Assembly (NCBI GenBank): GCA_963514005.1
Contig: OY740782.1
Location: 86,118,001-86,182,000, forward strand
Reading direction: 5' to 3'
Source: Raja brachyura
Lineage: Eukaryota
Length of the DNA stretch: 64,000 nucleotides
Shown: positions 25,170 through 36,500 of the stretch, in pieces
Position numbering within the stretch: the stretch's first letter is position 1
Layout of the letters: the number at the start of each line of letters is the position of its first letter
Program-made: the position numbers and the translations under genes
Notes under the pieces: generated by a model
What the model was told of the DNA's origin: nothing
Databases searched by the model: none
What the model saw: the letters and a program-made list of their open reading frames with translations, nothing else

Positions 25170-25408
25170 CCTTGCAAGGCCACCAAATTCAAGTGCAGTT
25201 TCATACCATTTCGAGCAGGGTGCAAAGCCCCCAAATTCATGCAGTTTCCTACCATTTCAAGCAGGGTGCAAGGCCACCAAACTCAAGTGCAGTTTCATAC
25301 CATTTCAAGCAGGGTGCAATGCCATCAAATTCAGGTGCAGTTTCATACCATTTCAAGCAGTCTGCAAGGCCACCAAATTCAAATGCAGTTTCATACCATT
25401 TCAAGCAG
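25170..25408. repeat. 48-bp minisatellite, about 5 copies
   Basis: tgcaaggccaccaaattcaagtgcagtttcataccatttcaagcaggg units. Confidence 0.9.
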
Positions 25409-25482
25409 AGACTGAGCCACGCGCACACTTCTGGGTTTTATAGTCCCTCCCCCTCCCACTGGAAGGGGCATGATCTTTGTGG

Positions 25483-25802
25483 CACTTTTGCATTTTCAAA
25501 CCAACCCACTTTTGCATTTTCAAACCAACTCACTTTTGCATTTTCAAACCAACCCACTATTGCATTTTCAAACCAACCCACTTTTGCATTTTCAAACCAA
25601 ACCACTTTTGCATTTTCAAACCAAACCACGTTTGCATTTTCAAACCAAACCACTTTTGCATTTTCAAACCCAACCACTTTTGCATTTTCAAACCAAACCA
25701 CTTTTGCATTTTCAAACTAAACCACTTTGGCATTTTCAAACCAAACCACTTTTGCATTTTCAAACCAAACCACTCTTGCATTTTCAAACCACATTTTCAA
25801 AC
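25483..25802. repeat. 24-bp minisatellite, about 13 copies
   Basis: cacttttgcattttcaaaccaa(a/c)c units. Confidence 0.95.
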
Positions 25803-26199
25803 TACATTAAGGGCACTCAGAGGTCAGTAAAACCACTCACAGTTTAGTAGACCACTGTACAGTTCAGTGTTATTCACAGCTGAGACTGAGAGTTGTGACC
25901 TCTTGCAGAGACTGAGGCAGTCCACACTTCCGGGTTTATAGTCCCTCCCCCACGCACCGGAAGGGTCGTGGCCTTCATGACAGTGATTGACAGGAGAGAG
26001 AATCTCAACATTTTAAAAAAATTAATAAGTCTTTTATTTTTCTTCGATGTGAAAAATCCTCTTGTCCTTCGCAGCGGAGGGGGACTCTGAGTAAGATGGC
26101 CAAAAATCACAGCCGTAAGTGGTAGCGTTTTTTTCTAAAATCAATATGATGTGCAAACAGAAAGCGGTCAAGATTTGAGTTTTAATTATATAGATACTC

Positions 26200-26550
26200 A
26201 AGCATAGAAACTTAGAAAATAGGTGCAGGAATTGGCCATTCGGCCCTTCAAGCCAGCACTGCCGTTCAATATGATCATGACTGTTCATCTAAAATCAGTA
26301 CCTCTTGTAAAGTGTTTTTTCCCTTTACACTTGATTTCGCTAGCCCCAAGAGCAAAATGTAACTCTCTCTTTAAAATATCCAGTGAATTGGCCTCCACTG
26401 CCTTATGTGGCAGAGAATTCCACAGATTCACAACTCTCTGGGTGAAGAAGGTTTGTCCTCATCTCAGTCCTAAATGGCCAACCTCTTATTCTTGAACTGT
26501 GTGACCCTGGTTTTGAACTCCCCCAACAGCGGGAACATTTTTCCTGCAGT
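26200..26550 (-). mobile_element. CR1 3' fragment
   Basis: catagaaacttagaaaataggtgcaggaattggcc... like the other CR1 tails. Confidence 0.8.
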
Positions 26551-26558
26551 TACAGTAA

Positions 26559-27032
26559 AGGGCCTGTCCCACTAGCGCGCGATTAGACGCGACAAGCGCG
26601 ACAAATTCGGACGCGGGGGTCGCGTGGGGGTCAGGCGATCCCGGTGCGAGTGAAGGGCCTGTCCCACTAGCGCGCGATTACACGCGCGACGTCCGAAGGA
26701 AGGACGTTATTTTTCATCATGTGACGATGCGCATGAGCATGCGCGTTGCACGACGTCGGGCAGTGACGTCATCACGCAACGCCACGCTGAAGACGCACAA
26801 CGTTAGAACGTCATCACGTTAATCACGTTCTGCGCGACAGGATTTTGCCGCGCGTAATTTTTTAAGCAGTGTCGGTTTTTGGACACTACGCGCGATGTCG
26901 ACACCAGCTACACACAACTCGACAAGACTCCGGCGATCGCAGTGGGACAGGGTCACACGAGGCCGGGCGACTAAAGCGACCACGGTAGGTCGCGCTTGTC
27001 GCGTCTAATCGCGCGCTAGTGGAACAGGCCCT
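26559..27032. mobile_element. Young CpG-rich Harbinger-type MITE
   Basis: About 44-bp TIR AGGGCCTGTCCCACTAGCGCGCGATTAGACGCGACAAGCGCGAC, TAA TSD on both sides, internal TIR copy at about 26654. Confidence 0.9.
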
Positions 27033-28744
27033 TAAGTGAAAATCTAGCAGGCAAGCAGGATGCTTTCTCCAACCACCCCCATTTAAAGGCCACTATCTAC
27101 CACCGCTTCTACCCGGTGCTTGGTACTTACTTCCAGCAGCCACTGGTTGTCCTCCAGGATGCACCAAGCCGCAGCCTGGTCCATGCCAGTCACCAGGGCG
27201 AATTCAGCGCAAAGACACGGCAGCGGCGCAACGCTTCCGACGCCTTCGACAGCCCGGTACTCTTGCAGTGAGGCTGCTCCATGGCCAGAGCCACAGCGAG
27301 CGACTCGCCAGCCCAGCAAACACTCGCCAGCCCCGGCTCCCCGCCCGCATCTGCCCCCGCCACTGCTTCTGCTTCCATACCTCCCTTCGCCTCAGCTCTC
27401 CAACATCCGCGGCCCATGCAGTTGATGTTAGTTTTGAAATTCTCGTTGATCACAGAATTTCTCACAACAAACCGTGAGAAATTTGTGATCAGCGTGAGAG
27501 CGTGAGAATTGGGCCAAATGCGTGATTCTCACGCTCAATGTGTGAAAGTTGGCAGCTCTGCAGTACATGGGCGTGCGTGGTCTACAATATGTACATATGA
27601 TGGTACACAAAAGGCTGGAGAAACTCAGCGGGAGCAGCAGCATCTATGGAGCGAAGGAGATAGGCGATGTTTCGGGTCGAGATCCTTCTCAATGATTGGA
27701 TCTGAATGAAGAAGCATAAAAAAATATGTTAAACATAGAACAGCACAGCATGTGATATACATTGGCCCTTTGGTAACAGTGAGGAGGAACGTTATAAATT
27801 GCAGGGAGGAACGGATGGTTTGGTGAACAGGACCAAAGAATAGCAAATTGATTGTAATTTGGAGAAGTAGTATGCTGTACATTCGGAAAGCTTTTGAAGG
27901 TAAAAGAAAATTAGGAAATTGAGTTGTGTGGCTAAACAGAAGACCTCTAAGGTAACAGTATTGGTAAATAAAATGGCTAAAATGGGCACAGGAAGTGCTT
28001 TTGCTTATTATTTGAGAATGTAAGGGCAGGGAGGCTCTGCTCAACAGCACTTAGTCTACAGTTTAGGTACTGCACAATTCCGTGTGTTTAAAAAAGCAAT
28101 GGTCTGCAGGGCCATGGTGCAAGTACTGGAAGGGGGAATTGGGATATTTTTATTTTTTATTAGCCCGCACATGAAGAGCCGAATCACCTCTCTCTGTATC
28201 GGAATTATTCTAGGATTCAATTATTTCCAGTCAGCTTAATTTTAATGTCCTGGTATTGTTAATACATTTAGTGGGAGTTTGTCACCTTTGGGGCCTGAGA
28301 CATTGTTTGTTACTTCAAAGCACGGTGAAATAGAAACCCACTATATATGGTCAACCAATCTCGGACAGCTCCGTGCCCCGGTAGATCATCGGGACTCCGA
28401 ATAGGAGTGAAGTCTACTTTGGAAACATGTACCTAAGTTAACGTGAAGAGTGTACTCTGTCCCACGGGAGTGATGAAGGACGTGAGGGCCTAGTATTTAC
28501 TCGTTGGGCCGAATTAGCTGCTTATGGACGGCGAAGTTTTTATAATATCGAAGATAGACACAAAATGCTGGACAGGTAGCATCTCTGGACGGAAAGAACA
28601 GGTGATGCTTCGGGTCGAGACCGTTCTTCAGCCCTGCGATAGATTACAACAATATAATTCCAACCGATCTTTACGGTTTGAAAGGCGTACTTGACTGCAA
28701 TAATTTATACTCGATCGCCATTATCCTGGCACAGATACTGGATA

Positions 28745-28945
28745 GTTACACAAACAGCTGGAGAAACTCGGCAGATGCAGCAGCATCTAAGGAGCGAAGG
28801 AGATAGGCGACGTTTCGGTCGACACCCTTCTTCAGACCCCAAAACGTCGCCTATCTCCTTCGCTCCTTAGATGCTGCTGCATCTGCCGAGTTTCTCCAGC
28901 TGTTTGTGTAACCCTCGATTCTCCAGCATCTGCAGTTCCTTCTTT
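28745..28945. repeat. Palindromic Penelope-type short repeat (perfect 71-bp arms 28745-28815 / 28842-28912)
   Basis: Arms are exact reverse complements; the loop holds a CTTCTTCAG hammerhead-core remnant. Confidence 0.85.
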
Positions 28946-28984
28946 AACACAGATACTGGATAACCTGCCCGCTGTTGACTTGCA

Positions 28985-29225
28985 AGTACTTCCGTGTTTT
29001 ATAAAGTGTCGGCGTAAATGCGCAACAGAAACGAAACAACCGTAAATAACAAAAGCCGAGGGAGAATCGAAACTGAAGGTTTTTGTAATCCCAGCACTTC
29101 CGCGGACCGAGGCAGATACGCAGCAGCGATGGCAGGAGCTCTCTCTCCCAACCCACCGCTGCCCGCTCTATGAGAGGATTGGGACCTCTGATACTGAAAG
29201 ATGCAGGGCGCTGGAAAAGGCCCAG
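28985..29225 (+). promoter_or_regulatory. Candidate SAMD9 promoter and non-coding first exon
   Basis: CpG-rich unique segment with ISRE/IRF-like GAAACGAAAC (29028-29037) and GAATCGAAACTG (29064-29075), two ETS ACTTCCG sites, and a splice donor CAG|GTCAGT at 29225/29226. Confidence 0.55.
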
Positions 29226-30175
29226 GTCAGTTTCTATGATTCACTTATATGGTTGAAATATGTTTGTTTCAATTGTCTTGAATTATCCCGAAGACACCGG
29301 GAACTGCAGATGCTGGAATCTTGAGAAAGACACAAATTGGTGCAGTAACTCAGCGGGACAGGCAGCATCAGGGGAGGAAATGGACATAAGATGTTGCAGG
29401 ACGGGACCTTTCTTCAGACAGAGTGTCATGGCAGGGGGAGGAGGGGGCGGGATGCTGCAGACCCGCTGAGCTACTCCAGCATTGGATCTTGAACGATCCA
29501 ATGCTGGAGTAAAATTTCCTTTGTAAAACCACCAATAAGGGGAGGCGTGAGAGCATGGGCCACCGCTTTGTTTGTGTTTATCATAAGTGGTATATTATAT
29601 GTGCCAGGGTGAGGGATAAAATGGCTGAATAGCAATGTTGAAACAAAGAACTGTAGGTGTTGTTTACAAAAAAAATGACACAAAGCGCTGGAGTAACTGG
29701 AGAACGTGGGTAGGTGATGTTTCGAGTCGTGCCCTTTCCCCAGACCTCTTCAGTACCTCGTCTCTTGAGTGCAGGGGGGAGGTCGGGAGTTTGCGCAGAA
29801 CTTGTGTGTTTCTGCTGCAATAACTAGGGAATGCTGCAAATGCTGAGGAAATTGTTCAGTGGAGAGAGATGTAGACAAAGAAATGCACTCGTGCTGGTTT
29901 ATACTAAAGATACACACATAGTGCTGGAGTAACTCAGCAGGTCAGGCAGCATCTCTGGTGGAAAAAGGACCGGTGATGTTTTGGGTCGGAAAAACTCTCC
30001 AGACTGAAAACTCTCCAGACTGAAGGGGTTGTAGGTGAAGACCTGGAGCGCCAAAGGCGAATCAAACCCATCCACAAATGTCCTGGGCTGGGCGGTGCCT
30101 GGTAGATCCATTGTTGGCTGGGAAGGTGCAGTCTCAAAAGAAACAATACAGATAACTGTGGAACTGGTAAAATGA

Positions 30176-31500
30176 CTAGGAAGAAGGGAGGGAGGAGTAT
30201 GAGATGAAGTTACTTAAATGTAGAGAATTTATATTCATACGGCTGTTCCTCTGGCAAGGGAGGTGGTCCAGGCTGGAAAGGTCAGTATGGGAATGTGAAG
30301 GGGAGTTGAAATAATTGGCAACCGTGAGATCCAGTAGGCCTAGGTGGACTGAGTGGTGGTGTTCAGTGAAATGGTCGATATACAGGAGCGCACATCGAGA
30401 ACACTGGATACAGTAGATAAGGTTAGAGGTAGTACATGTGAACCTCTGTCTCACCTGAAAGAACTGTAGGGCTCCCTGGATGGAGTCAAGAGAGCAGGTA
30501 CCAGGACTGGTTGTGGGGGGCACTACCTGGGGAGGCGATGGTGTGGGTGGGAAGGGACGAGTGAACCAAGGAGTTGCGAAGGGAGTGCTCCCTGTGGATG
30601 GTGGAAAAAGGTGGAGATGGGAAGATGAGTTTAGTGGTGGGATCCCTTCGAAGATGACAGAAATGTCAGAGGATAATGTGTTGGATGTGGAAGCTGGTGG
30701 GATGAAAGGCGAGGACCAGAGGAACTCTGTCTATGGTGCATCTGGGGCGGTGAGGAGTGAGAGCTGAACTACAGGACACAGAGGAGACACGTGTGAGGGC
30801 CTCATCTACGACAGAAGAAGGGAATCTATGTGAGCTGAGGAATGAGGATATCTCAGGTGAGGGCAGGGTGAAAGTTAGTGGTGAAGTTAACAAAGTCCAT
30901 GAGTTCTGCACGGGTGCAGGGGGTTGCCCCAATGCAGTTATTGATGTAGCAGAGAACGAGTTGAGGGATAGGGCCAGTGTCTGCCTGGAATAAGGACTGT
31001 TCGACATAGCCGACAAAAAGACAGGCATAGCTTGGGCCCATGCCAGTGCCCATGGCTACGCCTTTGATTTGGAGAAAGTGGGAGGAGTCAAAGGGGAAGT
31101 CGGTGAGGATGAGGACAACTTCCACTAGGTGGAGGCGAGTGATAGTAGAGGGAGATTGGTGGGTCTTTGTTCAAGGAAGAAACAAAGGGCCTTGAGGCCA
31201 TCTGGTGTGGTATGAAAGTGTAGAGGGATCTAACGTTCATGGTAAAGATGATTAAAAGGGAGCCTGGAAACCAATAGTTATTGAAGAGTTGAAAGGCATG
31301 CGAGATGCCCTGGATGGGAAAGGATTGGACAATGGGGGATAGGATAGAATTGAGTGATGTATATATAGTTCCTGAGAAGAGCTGGCATCTGGCCTCAGTA
31401 CAGTGGAGGTCAGCCCACCAGACTACAACGGCACCTCCCTTGGCAACAGGTTTGATGATAATGTCCGGATTGTTGGGATTGTTATGAAGTGAGCGGAAGG
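30176..31500 (-). mobile_element. Penelope-like element, degenerate RT + GIY-YIG endonuclease
   Basis: IIIKPVAKGGAVVV, GVAMGTGMGPSYACLFVGYVEQ and FTCTTSNLIYCIQCSRC..LYI. Confidence 0.88.
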
Positions 31501-31599
31501 GCTTTGCGCTTGTAGGGGATGAGAATTGGTTTATGTTCAGGGTCAATGACATCCTTTAGATGAGGATTTCCTATTTTATTTCAAATTAGCATATGTAAT

Positions 31600-32445
31600 C
31601 GTTCAAGGTTCAAGGTTAGTTTATTTGTCACATACACCAATTGGTGTAGTGAAATGCTTCTTGCCATGCAGCACATAAAATAAAGAATACAGACACAACA
31701 CTAATAAAGAGATTTAAACATAAAAACATCCCCCCACAATGGTTCCCATTATGAGGGAAGGCACAATGTCCAGTCCCCAACCCATGTCCACCCATAGTCA
31801 GGCCTATTGAGGCCTCCGCAGTCGCCTTCACGGAGGTCCGATGTTCCAGGCTGTTCTCGCCGGGTGATGGTGCTCCGGCGTCGGGAGAGTCCTCTCAGCG
31901 GCTTGGGACTCCCGGAACGGCCGCTTCCTGCTGGAGTCCGCGGCTTCCAGAGCCGACAAGGCCGCGCTGAATGGAGCTCCTCCCTGGCTCCCGATGTTAA
32001 GGTTCAGCGCCGCCGCCCGCAGCCGGCCGCTCCACAGACCCGCGGCTCCGCGATGTTTGTCTCGGACGGTCCCAGCTCACCGGAGTTACAGCGCGGCGAC
32101 CCAGGCAAGGCATCGCCCGCTCCGTCCCGCGATGGCGCTCCAGCGCTCCAGCACTCCGCCGCTGTCGAAGCCGTGACTCTGGGTGTCCCCCCAGGAAATG
32201 CCGCTCCAGGCCCACTGGTAGGCCGCGAGGACGGGTCGGAGTTGCCGCCCGGAGAAAAGCTGCCTCTCCGACCAGGTAGGGACCAGGAAAAGCAGTTTCC
32301 CCCTTCCCCCCCCCCCCTCCCTCCCACATAAAAAAGAATAGGCTCCAAAACAAAACACTTTAACACACTAAAAAAAAAAGAAAAGAAGGAAAGACATACA
32401 GCTGCAGGCTGGGCAGCCATACCATACAGGACGGCGCCCCTGTCT
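31600..32445 (-). mobile_element. GC-rich non-autonomous retro-repeat (family with 44327 and 46914)
   Basis: Shared blocks acatcccccca, ggggaaggca, ggcctattgaggcctccgcag, gacccaggcaaggcatcgccc, ccccttccccc..cacataaaa; microsatellite tail gttcaaggttcaagg. Confidence 0.65.
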
Positions 32446-33552
32446 GGGGACAAAAAATTTCATTTCTCAGATTTGGTGGTTCCTTGAACCAGCTGTCACA
32501 ATGGAATGGAAATAAATAAATTGTCAGTACTTGTTTACAGAAAAGGTCAGGCAGCATCTCTGAAGAATATGGACAGGTTGCATTTTGATTCTTCTTTATT
32601 GAATGTAGGTAGTGGAGAGAAAGCTGGAAAATGAGATAGGGGGCAGACAAAGCCTAGCATGTGACGGGTGGGTTGAGGTAAGAGGGATTTTGATTTGTAG
32701 ATAAATGGACAAAGGCTAGAGAGAGAAAAAAGGTGTAAGGTAAGGAGTGAAGAGAATGAAATGTGAAGTCAGAGGAAGGGATATATGAGGAAGAGGGCGG
32801 GAGAAGGGGCAGGATAGTTGGGGAAATGGGTGCATATCCAGGCAGGACGTAGGAAACAGAAAGGGGAAAGAAGTATCCATTTTTCCCACTGTCCCACTCT
32901 AATGAAATAAGGTTGGAAGATATGAATATATTCACAAAAAATGTCAGTAGAGAGTAATACATTCACAAACATTCAATAGCAGTGAAAGACACAAAGCGTT
33001 AATCTCAGCAGTTTGAAAGGCATGCGAGGTGCCCTGGATGGGAAAGGATTGGACAATGGGGGATAGGATAGAATAGGCAGCATTCCTGGAGAACACGAAT
33101 AGGTAACATTTCGGGTCGGGGCCCTTCTTCAGACTCAGACTTCTGAAGAAGAATCCGACCTGAAATGTCACCTATCGATGTTTTCCAGGGATGCTGCCTG
33201 ACCCGCTGAGACACTCCAGCATATTGTGTCTTTCCTGGTAAACCAGCATCTGCAGTTCCTTGTTCCTTCAATAGTAGTGACTGCTTTGACAGCTGGTGAG
33301 CTTAGGGTGGAGCAGTACCAGCTGTGTTCTGTGTGAGCAGCGGATTGCCTTGCTGAAGCATCTTCTGGAGTGCATCCACCCTGCTGAATTGCCCAGTATC
33401 CAGCATTTGGAGCAAGCAACCACGATGACCCAGGGCAGGGTCAGGGCAACAGATGACCTGCCTTGATGTAAAAAGTACAATTGTATTTTTTTTTTAAATG
33501 ACAAAAAATAACCTGCAGAAATTGTAATTTAATTCAAGGTGAAGAAACAAAG

Positions 33553-36500
33553 ATGAGCGAATCCTGTGATCTACCAGATAATATGACTGAGTGGACCAAA
33601 GAGCACGTAAAATCCTGGGTGATTGATCAACTGACACTTGATCAGAAATATGGAGATATACTGTACAATGAAGATGTCAGCGGAGTGGTGTTGATGGAGA
33701 TAACAAAAGTAGACATAAATGAAATGGGCATAAAGGCTGGACCAGCCTCCATGATGATACGTAAACGTGATGAATTCATCAAACGGTCAAAGAAAGCGAC
33801 AAAGTCAACGACTATTGAAAGTCTCCTTCCTACAGGCGCAGATGGTTCTGCTTGCAAGACACCTGAGGTTGGTGATGCAGAGGACCAGAACAATAAATCA
33901 GTTACCTCTAATTTAGAAATGAATCTCTCACAAAAACATCACAAGATGAAGAGTAGACCTGGATCCAGCTCGTCAAAATCAGAGAAAAGTAAGATCAAAG
34001 GGCAAGAATGTACACAAGGGACGATTGATGCTGTTGCAATGACACAGTCTGACGCTGAATCAGGAGCCAGAACATGTAAATTGCAATCAAAAGAAAACAT
34101 CTCAAAACCACAGTGTGAACCATATCCATTTGACCAACGTCACATAGGTTCAAGGTATATACAAAACCATATCCTTCCTCCTGAAACCGGGCCCTCCAAT
34201 CTAATAGACCCAGTGCATGAGTTTAAGCTTTTTAATTTGCCCGAGAATGTAACAAGTGTAGAGGTGAAGGAAGATATGATGAAGAAGTTTAGCAATGAGG
34301 TTTTTAGATTCTCAGCTGCATGTATGAATAGCAGAACAAATGGGACCATCCATTTTGGCGTAGGAGACACCAAAAGTGGATACGGACATGGTGAGATTAT
34401 TGGTGTATCTGTGGAAAGCACAGAAAAATATGTTGATTGCCTTTCTGACAGTTTTGTAGTTTACTTCGATCAGAAGGATGTTGCAGATGCAAAAAATTGC
34501 ATTCGACCACCCAGATTTGTGGAAGTTTTGAATCCAGATCAAACTTTGTTAGGAAGGTTTGTAATTGAAGTTGACATTGTACCAAGCTCCTGCATTTGTG
34601 AGTCTACGTTTTATTATATTCACATGTTGAATAAAACTGACAAAAAATGGATGAGGAGTAAGGAGAAACATTTTTTCATACGTGATGGAAGCAGCTCCAG
34701 AGATATACTGGGAAATAAAAATATCACAGAGAGAGACGCAGAGCACAAAAAAATTCTCATTGAGACATCGATAGACTTGGTAAAGAGACGAATAATTGCT
34801 GAAGAGAAACCACAAAAGCCAACAAAGAAACAAGAAGGCTACAAGTTGACTAGAATGATTACAGGTGGATCAGACATGCTCGATTCATCCTATTACCAAT
34901 GGTACATATTGGTAACAAACAAATCATTGCAGTATCAAACTCAGCATTTTGAGTTTCTAAATGAAATTAATTGGTTTTGTGTTTTGGAATATGATCCTGA
35001 TTCTGTAACCAGAGGTACGTGTCATTCTTATCGTAAAGTAAGAATTGCGAATCTTCACTTCCCTCGTCATTTTCAAGATATTGAAGCTTCAATGAGTGAA
35101 AACATTGAAAAACTAAAATTGTACAAGCAAACGAGCTGGATATTTTGTAATGGAAGATCAGACTTTGAAGATCAGGCATTCAAGCCTCTGCCGCCCAAAC
35201 AGTGGTATAAAGAACAAGCTGCAGACGTCAGGAAACTGGTTTCATTTCTGTGCCGACCAGATATCATGCCAAAGGGGAAATTTCTGGTAGTATTTTTGCT
35301 TTTATCTAAAGTAGAAGATCAAAGAGATCCTTTCCATGAAACTTTCTGTTCATTTTACCAAGAACTGAAAGGGGCAGAAGACATAATATGCATCTGTGAA
35401 AGTGAGCAGATATTCTTGCGCTGGAAGGACCTTATGCAGTGCACATGTGATTCACAGGAAGTTACAAATAGATGTGTTTCTGCCTTAAGCATTAAAGAAG
35501 TCAATGATACAGTTCTGAAATTAAAATCAGTCACTCGGACCACAAGGCGATTCTTACCCTCAGCATCTTCAGGGTCTATCATTCTTCAACAGAAAGATGA
35601 GGAACTGTTGACTGCACTGGAAGTCCTGTGTGAAAATGAATGCGAGGGCACAGATATAGAAACCAATCAAAATCGGTTTAAGGAATTTCAAAAATCCATG
35701 GAAGAACAATTTTACAGAGGTGGGAAAGCATCGTGGTGGAATTTTTACTTTTCTACAAAAGTACCGTTTATCAAACGAGACAGTTACGACCCTCTTGTTG
35801 AATTAATTAATGCAACATCATCCTCTGAAAAATGCGTGAAGATTATCAGTTTGTTTCATCATCCAGGCTGTGGTGGGACAACTTTGGCCATGCACGTTTT
35901 GTGGGATTCAAGAAAAAAGTTTAGATGTGCTGTACTTAGGAACAGTAAAGAAGACTTTATAGAAATTGGAAGACAAGTTATTGATCTGGTTACAAATGGT
36001 GCTTCCTGTAACTCTGATTACTTACCTGTATTACTTTTGGTAGATGACTTCGAAGAATATGAAAATGTGCAGGTGTTGCAGAACTCAATTCAAATTGCTG
36101 TTGCAGAGAAAGGTCTACGGATTGAGTGCCCATTGGTAATTATTTTAAACTGCATGCGATCACAGGATCCAGCAAAAAGCTCAAAAATGAATCCGTTGGA
36201 GAGTATTGCTCTAAAACATAAGTTGACTGTTGCAGAGCAGCGATTATTTGAGGTAAAACTTGAGGAAATTGAAAAGCAACATACAAAACCTGAAGATTTC
36301 TACTCGTTCATGATCATGAAGAGTAATTTTGACGAAAAGTACATTGAAAATGTAGTCCATAACATTTTGAAAGACTTAGATATTGCAAGCAAACAAGCAC
36401 AGCTGATCTCATTTTTGGCTTTGTTAAACTCACATGTTAAAGATTCTTCAATATCAGTTTCAAAATGTGAAGAATTCTTGGAATTTGGACAAGTAAAGAA

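Larger units (their letters stand above)
24877..26194 (-). mobile_element. Non-autonomous Helitron-like element with internal minisatellites
   Basis: Minus-strand start TCTATATAATTAAAA at 26194 and end hairpin GGGACCCAATGGTCCC near 24885-24905; same family as 11315-12539. Confidence 0.65.
16191..27560. mobile_element. 11.4-kb non-autonomous hAT-type element containing multiple nested insertions
   Basis: TIRs CAGGGCTGCCAAC / GTTGGCAGCTCTG with a perfect 8-bp TSD CAGTACAT (16183-16190, 27561-27568); interrupts an old CR1 at its GVPQGSV motif. Confidence 0.8.

Noticed and set aside
25144-25847. Repetitive ORFs (TFAFSNQP, LLHFQTKP, HFCIFKPN) and a CRISPR-like look
   Set aside because: Products of 24- and 48-bp minisatellites that are open in most frames; there are no unique spacers and the context is eukaryotic
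31807-32453. Overlapping GC-rich ORFs here and at 44625-45097 and 47073-47900
   Set aside because: Stop-poor GC-rich repeat; frames are not conserved between copies and no domain is recognisable
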